Below are positions 24,418 through 32,026 of a DNA stretch of 32,026 nucleotides, one piece after another. Source of the stretch: Jimgerdemannia flammicorona (taxonomy: Eukaryota); NCBI GenBank assembly GCA_003990765.1, contig RBNJ01000367.1, forward strand, positions 1 to 32,026. The letters run 5' to 3'. Position 1 is the stretch's first letter. Each line of letters opens with the position of its first letter. Both the position numbers and the translations under genes were made by a program. The notes under the pieces were generated by a model. The model worked only from the letters and a program-made list of their open reading frames with translations, made no database searches and was not told where the DNA came from.

Positions 24418-24865
24418 AGACTATTTATTTGATATACTACCTGAATAGTTTATAAGGAAAATCTGAGAACAAGGACACCTAGTTGGTTGTGATCACCAAT
24501 AATGATGCCTGGTAAGAATCAAGACTATGGTCAAGTAAATCCTAACAGCTAGACCAATTCTGCCTCAAAGACAATTCAATAACAGAGAAAAGACTTGGAC
24601 CAAGAAAGAAGAACCCAAGTATAAAACATTCCAAGCTTCCTCTATATCCATCTTATAGACACCCTGAAATCCTAAACCTATCCAGCCAAGTACCTTCAAG
24701 AAACTTATCAAAGGAGAAAGAAATAAACTTTGAAGAAGTAGAGCATACTTATATTACTGAAAGACAGGATATATGACCAGTGCCTACCTCAACTGAAAAC
24801 CCCAAACAGCAATATGAGCAACTGTTACTACCCTGTACCACCTCAACAATCTGACTACTAAGATA

Positions 24866-25263
24866 GTAAACTTTGTCAAGTTAAGGCAAACTACTAAAGC
24901 CCCAACCAAAGAAAGTCAAAAAGTGGCTGAATACAATCTATATATAGCCAAAGAAGCTATAGTTTCCAACTGAGAAGTTAAGTAAGTCTATAGAATTCAA
25001 ATCTCTAAAGGATATATTAGAAGAATATACTATTGCAGCAGTCTAATATTGAAAGAACTCTCAGTAGAAGAAGGAGTTATTGATGAGGATTATACAGGTA
25101 AAATCATTATCCTCATCCAAAACCATAGTTAGACACTCTTCAAGATCTCTATTGATTTCTGCATCACCTAGATCCTATTCAAAAAACTGAGTCAACCCTG
25201 ACAGTTAAAGAAGTCCCTGAACTACTGCCTACTATCTGAGGATTCAAAGGATTTAGCTCATCA
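24866..25263 (+). pseudogene. dUTPase domain between gag and protease (host element)
   Basis: VNFVKL...VAEYNL (AGYDL), EGVIDEDYTGKI, CIT*IL (RIAQ), then after a frameshift *GFKGFSSS (RGxxGFGSS). Confidence 0.88.
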
Positions 25264-26279
25264 AACATGGCTCCAGCCTAACCCACTATGAATAAGAAAG
25301 AATAATTCTATAAGAAAATTAAAGATAGATATATACCAAGTGGCTAATACCTCTATGACATTGAAATGTACTCTTTCTGAATAATTGATGATTGCTTCTC
25401 TTATATTAATGAACTAGCCCAAAGGAGAACCAATAGAAGGAAAGCTCTTACAACCAAAATCACTACTATTGAATCAGACAAACTGCTTACACTCCAAACT
25501 TTTGTCAACTAAGTATCTGTTAAGATTATGATAGATATATAGCAGTGCCTCAGACAACTTCATCAATGAAGAAACAGCCAATAGATTCAAAGTCCTGACC
25601 TCTTTGGTACAATAGACTTAAGCAGTTACCATAGCTTATGAAACCTCCCATATTATTAGCAAGGAAGTCTGTATCTTATCCTTCCAAATTAGCGACTACT
25701 AATTATATATTACTCTTTAGATCATACCACTTCCTGATAATGAAATCATTCTTAGGATCTCATGGTTAAAACAAGAGAACTCTATAATTGATTGGGTAAA
25801 CTATTCCTTAACTATTAAGAAGAGATGCCATAACTTCAAACTGCAAGATATGTAAAAAAGACCCACTTGATTCTAGTGACTCTGGACCAAAGATCATCCA
25901 TATCAATAAACTATAACTCAATAAACTGACTAAGAAATGCCCTCTCTTTGTTATCTCCATCTGACCATCCAAAGAAGAACTCAAGAACTCTGAAGAAGAC
26001 TTTTCCAAAGTTGACAGCTATGTCAGACTATTACTCTAGAAATTTCAATATATATTCCTGAACTGAACTGCAAAACCACCTATATCTGTTATTATTAATA
26101 ATCAGAAAAAATATCAAGTTGAACAAATTCTCAACAAACACAGTCACAAGAACCATCTAAATGGTATAATAATACTAGATCAAATTAGAAGATCTCAATG
26201 AGGATATCAAAAGCTAAGAAGGAGAGAGTTGTAAGCATATAATCTCTAAGTCATCAAAATCACATATTACTCTTAAAAC

Positions 26280-27425
26280 CAATTCAGAAACCACATGTGA
26301 GACTATAAAACAAGTTACTGAAGAGATTACCTAGTTATACAAAATATACCAGCAAGCATAAGGACTTACTGCCAAGATATAAGAATACTAGAAGAAGTAC
26401 TATAACCATAAGACTGACCCTGAATCTCTACAATTAGTTTTGGTGTACTGTACTATTACAAAAGGAAACTGAAGTACCAAACTCAAACCAAGATAAGAAG
26501 AACCCTATCTTATCTATTAAAGGTTCATGAATCACACTTATCAACTCAAGACCAAGATATACTGTAACTATATAAGACCTCATTACTTAGTAGAAGCAAA
26601 ACATATTTGAATAATCCTATTTATTCTATCTGTATCACCTCTATTAGAGAATGATAGATGCTTCATCTGAACTCAAAAAAGCTAACATTGTTGAAACTAA
26701 TCTCAAGTCTATCTACATGATAGATATTACTACTAGAAATTGCCTCAGATTATAGAAAATATCATTTTCAAGAGATTTGAACCCCCAGCCACAATAATGA
26801 GAGCCCTTGCTCTAGACAAGAATGGCCAGTTCTTGTAAATATGCCAGCAGTCTAAAAAAAAAGAGAACCAAGACCTGTTATTCTTATACAACCATCACTA
26901 TCAAGGACAGCTTTAATTTTGTAAGGGGCAGATGTGATAACACCTTTGAAACTGATGATATCAGGAGTCAGAAAACTGCTCAGACATTATCAGAGATGAT
27001 ATCATCAATAGTGATGTTATTGAGGACTATTCAGACAGTGTCTAAATCTATAAATAGCCTAGCAGTCATTAGTATAGTTAGATTAGCCTTGTATAATATA
27101 ACTGTAAACTGACTCAGTAGTCAGACAATCTCTTGATATGTCAGATTACACTTGTACTATATAACTGCATTCTGACTCAACAAGGTACTAAGTATTATAT
27201 TCATATTCAGCCTAGTTCAGATAGCCTCTCACTAGTATAAATACCCCCTCCCCCAGACCTCAGAATCTTGGACTTAAATATACAAAAATAATTTTGAACA
27301 CTTTCCCACAATATCCCTTCACATAACTACTCCTAGTATAGCAATATCATGAATAGTAAATAAACCTATTTAATAACCCACAAACCACTCTTAAGTAAAT
27401 CTACACCCTGTTAGATCCCACTCCT
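26280..27425 (+). mobile_element. Fragment of another gypsy element: integrase C-terminus, PPT and LTR, inside the host 3' LTR
   Basis: KKYYNHK...LVLVY...KLKPR*EEPYLI...TYQL (GPY/F region) ~26390-26550. PPT AAGGGGCAGA 26923-26932, LTR start TGTGATA 26933, TATAAATACCCC 27236-27247. Boundaries approximate. Confidence 0.65.
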
Positions 27426-27426
27426 A

Positions 27427-27732
27427 ACCATATCATGAAATTTCCTAATTGGATATTGTCTGTAGTAATATATCAATTCAACTAAGCCAGTTTTAGTTTC
27501 TTGAACTTCCTGAAATACAGAAAATCCTGAACATCCAGAACTAGTCCAAAAAAGGACTTTGGTTGAGATATCAATCTGATCTTGAAATCAATAAGTATAG
27601 AGGACATACTATATATAAAATTGATCTTGATCTAAAGAAAACAGTCTTCTAGAATATCCAGAATATCCAGAACTTCCAAAAAAAACCTTTCAGAACTATA
27701 TAATGGTTATCTTAATAAGTAATTCTCTTATA
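27427..27732 (+). repeat. Distal part of host 3' LTR
   Basis: Direct repeat of 13087-13384. Confidence 0.85.
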
Positions 27733-29200
27733 AACTACATTGATGAAGATTTTAATATTATTATTTTTTCTACTAAATATGAGAATTTATAAGGTCATAG
27801 TTAGTTTGTTCTGTTTGGCAATTCATCCTACTATCTCTGCTAGTATGACTAGCTGAATAATCAGAGCTGTAATATTGATATCTACTATTATATTAACTAT
27901 TAGTAGTAGGCCTGTAAGAGTAGATTCTCCTGAAGATTGTTCTGCCTGATGAGACTATAGTGCTATATAACTTGGGGTTACTTGATTCTCAGAGATCAGA
28001 TCAAAGAGTTCGGTAAGAGAGGGTAAACCAAACCTCTGTATAAGTGGCTGGATTGGTTCTAGGGTCTGGTCTTTTTGACCTGTGGATCCTTGGTAAATTC
28101 CTAGACCTACTATTCCTTATTGACTATTGTCAGACTAGTATTCTGTAGAGTCTTTATCTGACTTCCTTCTCTGATGAGATAGTATATCCTCATACTAACT
28201 AGGTCCTTCAAAGAGGATATCTACTTCTGGTAAGATAGATGGGTCTGCTTCTTGATTGGTAGTAAGAGATGGGTAACCTGCTTGCTTGTTCTCATATCTT
28301 GTTATAGCAGAGGCATAGTAAACAATTAGTTTATAGTAAAGGGAGGTCCTGATAGGAGTATGATGATATCTATTAGATATAATCTACTTGATAGCTACTT
28401 TTCTTACTATAGGGAGTGAGATATAATCTAGAAATTCCTGGGTGACTACAGTAGTAGATTCTGAAGTTCTAGTGGTTCCAAAGTGGCTATGGAGAAGTAT
28501 ATAGAACTTATAGCAGCTAACTATATTTCTAAGTTCTGGGTGGAAAGTCCTAAAGACCTAGTATAGATCCTTATATACTTGGTCAATTATAAGATTGTAG
28601 ATCTCTGTATCTATGGTTTTCTGATACTATCTAGTCCTAATAATAAGAGCTTGTCTGGCTCTGGTTTGGGGGTTTGTTCTTAGAGAATCTATAATTGGTT
28701 CTGAGAGTTACTCCTGTCTAAGGTTGATCTTGTTCTAACTTCTCAGAAGTATATTCTTAATGCCTTCTTAGCTTGGTAATCTGTTGCTATCAAGTTGTAA
28801 TAACTATTATTTCTATCTCTTTCTTATCCTTTGGATAATTAGGGAAACAAAGTATTACTTAAAGACTTGGTACACAATATGTACCAAGAAGTCTTTAGTT
28901 TGAGAAAGTACTTGCTTGAAAGTAGTTATAGCAGTAGTGTCCTTCTTATCAATCTTAGTTATAAGAGACTTATTCTTTACTATATATAGACTGAATTTGC
29001 CTTAGAATTCAGATTTAATAGGATTACTTAAGTCTTTGTGATTTATATACTAGTCTCAGTTCTGGCAGAAGTTAGCTAGGCTTCTGGAGTTTAGTCAGAA
29101 ATACTAGAGTTACTTCGGTATTATTAATAAGACTCAGAAGAATGTGTGTATAGAGGGGAACTTGATTCTTATATCAAGGACTGAACTAAAACTGCTAAGT
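27733..29200 (-). pseudogene. Decayed gag-like reading frame truncated by the host LTR
   Basis: Long minus-strand frame with scattered stops, ending *ILIFSRKNNNIKIFI, which resembles the gypsy gag IPxFxG motif. Weak identification. Confidence 0.4.
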
Positions 29201-29529
29201 TGGTCTGTAATTTATAACTAAGTATAAGTGACTAATTTAGTAACTATGGTGAGATTTGTAATTGTAATCTTTGTCTAATGGTTTGTGATCAAAACTACTT
29301 TGTGATCAGGATTTCAATTGCTAAGTAATAATCAGTATTAATGTAGTACTGATTGCTACAGTACTGATTGCTGGAGATAAGCTGAATATTATTTTTTACA
29401 TCATTTATATTGTTCATTACATTCATTGTTTGTATATTATATATTATACTCAATTATGACATCATTGTCAAGTTATATAATCTCTTATCATATATATATT
29501 GTATCTCATCTGTTCACTTATTCTATTAT

Positions 29530-30715
29530 AGAGTGATAGAGAGTACTGAAATGAGTAATAAAGAGTACTGGAATGAGTAGTAGAGGGTATTAGAATGAGC
29601 AGCAGCAACTCTCTCTCTCTAAAAAAAAAAAAAAAGAAGTATTAGAAGACAGAAAGACAGGGTGAGGTTTTGAGCTATACAATGAGAAGAATTTTAAAAG
29701 CTCTGAATCTTCTGATTCTTTTTTTCTCTATTGACTGGAATGAGCAGTAAGATGAGTAATAAGTTGAGATATATTAGAGTAAGTGATGAGTTAAGGCAAT
29801 ATCAAGTGGCTGGAATAAGTAATAAAAGATACTAGAATGAGTAATAAAGAGTATATCAAGCATTGAGTCTCCCCCTAAAAAAGAAGCTTCAAAAGACAGA
29901 AAGGTAGAGTGAGATTTTAGACTATATAATAAGAAGAATTCTAAAAGCTCTAAACCTTCTATTTTTTTTATTATTTTTTTTCTACTGACTGGAATGAGTA
30001 ATAAAGTATATTAAAATAAGTAATGAGTTAAGATATATTGGAACAAGTGATGAATCAAGATATGTTAGAGCAAGTGATGAGTTGAGGTAATATTAAATAG
30101 CTGGAATAAGTGATAGAGAGTATATTAAGTATTGGCCCCCCCCCTCTCCTTTCTTAAAAAAAAAAAAAGCATTAGAAGATAGAAAGATAGGATAAGATTT
30201 TAGATTACATAATAAGAAGAATTCTAAAAGCTCTAAATCTTCTGATTCTTTTTTTTCTTCTCTATTAACTAGAATAAGTAGTAAGATATATTAGAATGAG
30301 TGATAGGTTGAGGTATGTTAGAATAAGTAATAAGTTAAGATAATGTTGAATAACTAAAATGAGTAAAAGAAGATACTAGAATGAGTAGTAGAAGGTACTA
30401 GAATAAGTAGTAGTGAGTATATTGAGCATCAGACCCTCTCTCTCTCTTTTAAAAAAAAGGAGCTTCAGAAGGCAGAGAGATAGAGCAAGGTTTTAGATTA
30501 TATAATGAGAAGAGTTCTAAAAACTCTAAATCTTCTATTTCTTTTTTTTTCTTCTCTATTGACTAAAATAAGTAGTAAGGTATATTGAAATAAGTGATAA
30601 GTAGAGATATATTGAAATGAGTGATAAGTCAAGATATGTTGAAATAAGTAACAAGTTAAGATAATATCAAATAGTTAGAGTAAGTAGTAGAAGATACTAT
30701 AATGAGTAGTATATT
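29530..30715. repeat. Compound tandem array, four units of ~265-300 bp with ~21-bp GAATGAGT subrepeats
   Basis: CT-rich tract + poly(A) + AGAAGACAGAAAG...AGAAGAATTCTAAAAGCTCT + poly(T) block at ~29608, ~29867, ~30136, ~30434. Confidence 0.88.
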
Positions 30716-30729
30716 AAGTAATATTCCCT

Positions 30730-31075
30730 AAAAGGAGAGAGAGTATGATATTATAATAAATATAGTAAATAGTATTCTAAAGGATTTAATTTATCATGTA
30801 ATAGTTTGATTTAAATCTCAAATCTGATATAATTTAAGCTAACTCAGATCAATCTAAATTACTCAATCTGAATTACTCAATCTAAATTACTTAATCTAAA
30901 TTCTTTAATCTGAATCCTTCAATTTGAATCACTCAATCTAAATTACTTAATCTAAATTCTTTAAGCTAAATCCTTCAATCTGAATTCTTCAATCTGAATT
31001 CTTTAATCCAAATCTGCTATATGATTTATATACTAGATACTCTCATATAAATATATATACAAATATACAATATAT
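30730..31075 (+). mobile_element. PPT and start of a decayed LTR, interrupted at 31076
   Basis: AAAAGGAGAGAGAG 30730-30743 followed by TATGATA (probably from TGTGATA) at 30744. Confidence 0.5.
30851..31014. repeat. 14-bp minisatellite, 11 full units plus a partial
   Basis: AATCT(A/G)AATT(A/C)(C/T)T(C/T) in 14-bp phase from 30851. Confidence 0.93.
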
Positions 31076-32026
31076 TGTCACATAGTGGTCGCTGAGTCCT
31101 TCAAATACGCCAGATTCTCTTCAAGGTGTATCTCTTAGACTAACTCAAGTTGTTATAAGCAAGTTCTTATTGGAGTGCCTTCCCAAGGTCTTATAGTCCT
31201 CAAATTTCTTATCTTTAACTGTCTTGTTATCTCTTAGATTGCTTGCAAGGAAGTGTGTAAGTGAACCAGATAGAACTGACTTTATTTCAGAGGAAATAAG
31301 AGGGGTATTTATACAAAATATAATTCAATGGTTGCTAAGGTATAAAGCTAAATATAAATTCCAATAACTAAAACTACTGAGTTCCAAGGCTGGCATTATT
31401 TAGTACCACATCAAATACCGGTGCTGGAACAATTTCGCATCACCTCAGAATACCGGTGCTGGCATTATCCAGTGTTACATGAGAATACCGGTGCTGGCAT
31501 TATCCAGTGTAACAAAGAACTTTTTAGAGCAGAAAGTTCAGGATCATGGGAGCTTCATCATCATCATCATTACTGAAGGAGATGAGATCCGCGAACTCTT
31601 CATGCAGGTCGCGCGTTTCGTGTTCGCGTGCTTCGGGTATGTCACGTGGGATGACGTCATCGATGACGTCATCACGTTCGGCTGTGGCGGGAAGGTCCAG
31701 AGCTCTCCAGTCTATGAGGTTCTCTTCCACAAAATAAGGAACAAATGTGGGGTCTTGGGGGGATCTAACTCGGATGCTGGGGCCTTGGAATGCTGAGATT
31801 AATCCTTGCAGGAATTGGTCTGGGTTGTTCTGAAGGATAGGGTACCAGAAGTCTTCTACTTCTTCGCTGTTGAGGGTGATGGTGGACTGGGCTTCTGTAG
31901 CTACCCTGGCTTCTAGTGCATTGATACGGCGGGATGACAGGTCTCTGAAGTCTGAGACTCTAACATACTCCAAGTTGGGGATCGACCATGGTGCATGCCT
32001 GAAGATCTGATGGATCTTCTTTGCTG
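31076..32026 (-). mobile_element. Young LTR-like element, 3' part, extending beyond the window
   Basis: Terminus TGTCACA 31076-31082. Minus-strand TATAAATACCCC 31313-31302 and AATAAA 31286-31281. 35-bp repeats AATACCGGTGCTGG at 31414, 31449, 31484. Upstream ORF homologous to 16348-17334. Confidence 0.7.
31524..32024 (-). CDS. Unknown protein (HQIFRHxPW family), 5'-partial, acidic C-terminus
   Basis: Frame is open from the window edge: AKKIHQIFRHAPWSIPNLEYVRVS... The TTG at 31973 is internal. CpG-rich, no stops. Homolog in this window. Confidence 0.72.
   Translation of the reverse strand, partial: AKKIHQIFRHAPWSIPNLEYVRVSDFRDLSSRRINALEARVATEAQSTITLNSEEVEDFWYPILQNNPDQFLQGLISAFQGPSIRVRSPQDPTFVPYFVEENLIDWRALDLPATAERDDVIDDVIPRDIPEAREHETRDLHEEFADLISFSNDDDDEAPMILNFLL

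Larger units (their letters stand above)
13087..27732 (+). mobile_element. Host Ty3/gypsy chromovirus derivative (gag-dUTPase-protease-chromodomain; RT/RH/IN deleted), interrupted by three insertions
   Basis: LTR 3' portions 13087-13384 and ~27427-27732 align, both ending CTTATA (from CTTACA). PBS-like ACTTAGTAGTA at 13385. gag continues across the insertions (TFF*GPAKEWW ~17980-18015; knuckle remnant AYLYY*KTGYMTSAY ~24745-24790). Protease IMID/SSASDNFI...IILRISWLKQENSIIDW ~25490-25795. Chromodomain start KYQVEQIL ~26110. PPT ~26217-26228, then TGTAAG at 26230. Confidence 0.78.

Noticed and set aside
31414..31510. Regularly spaced repeats resembling a CRISPR array (also 15981-16298)
   Set aside because: Spacers are duplicated rather than unique, there are no cas genes, and the context is eukaryotic retroelement DNA.

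Overview
Eukaryotic, fungal-looking repeat region. About 29 of the 32 kb are nested, mostly decayed retroelements. They comprise two Ty1/copia remnants (- strand, ~2.86-11.26 kb), two 5'-truncated L1/Tx1-like LINE 3' ends with poly(A) tails (11.26-13.09 kb), and a Ty3/gypsy chromovirus derivative (13.09-27.73 kb; gag-dUTPase-protease-chromodomain, RT/RH/IN deleted). That derivative hosts a 3.35-kb solo-LTR-like insertion (14191-17541, ATAG TSD) and a full-length dUTPase-bearing chromovirus (18327-24417, AGACC/AGACT TSD). Further gypsy fragments, tandem arrays and a young LTR-like element run to the window end. The old repeats are stripped of CpG and full of C>T/G>A transitions. One ~2.4-kb island (255-~2660) keeps its CpGs, has no recognisable gene, and contains a complete type III hammerhead ribozyme (1455-1537, + strand) preceded by a strongly self-complementary segment. 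The second highlight is an unrecognised protein family (HQIFRHxPW motif), found twice, each time upstream of the TATA box inside giant LTR-like units. All calls come from manual reading and hand translation; no database searches were run.
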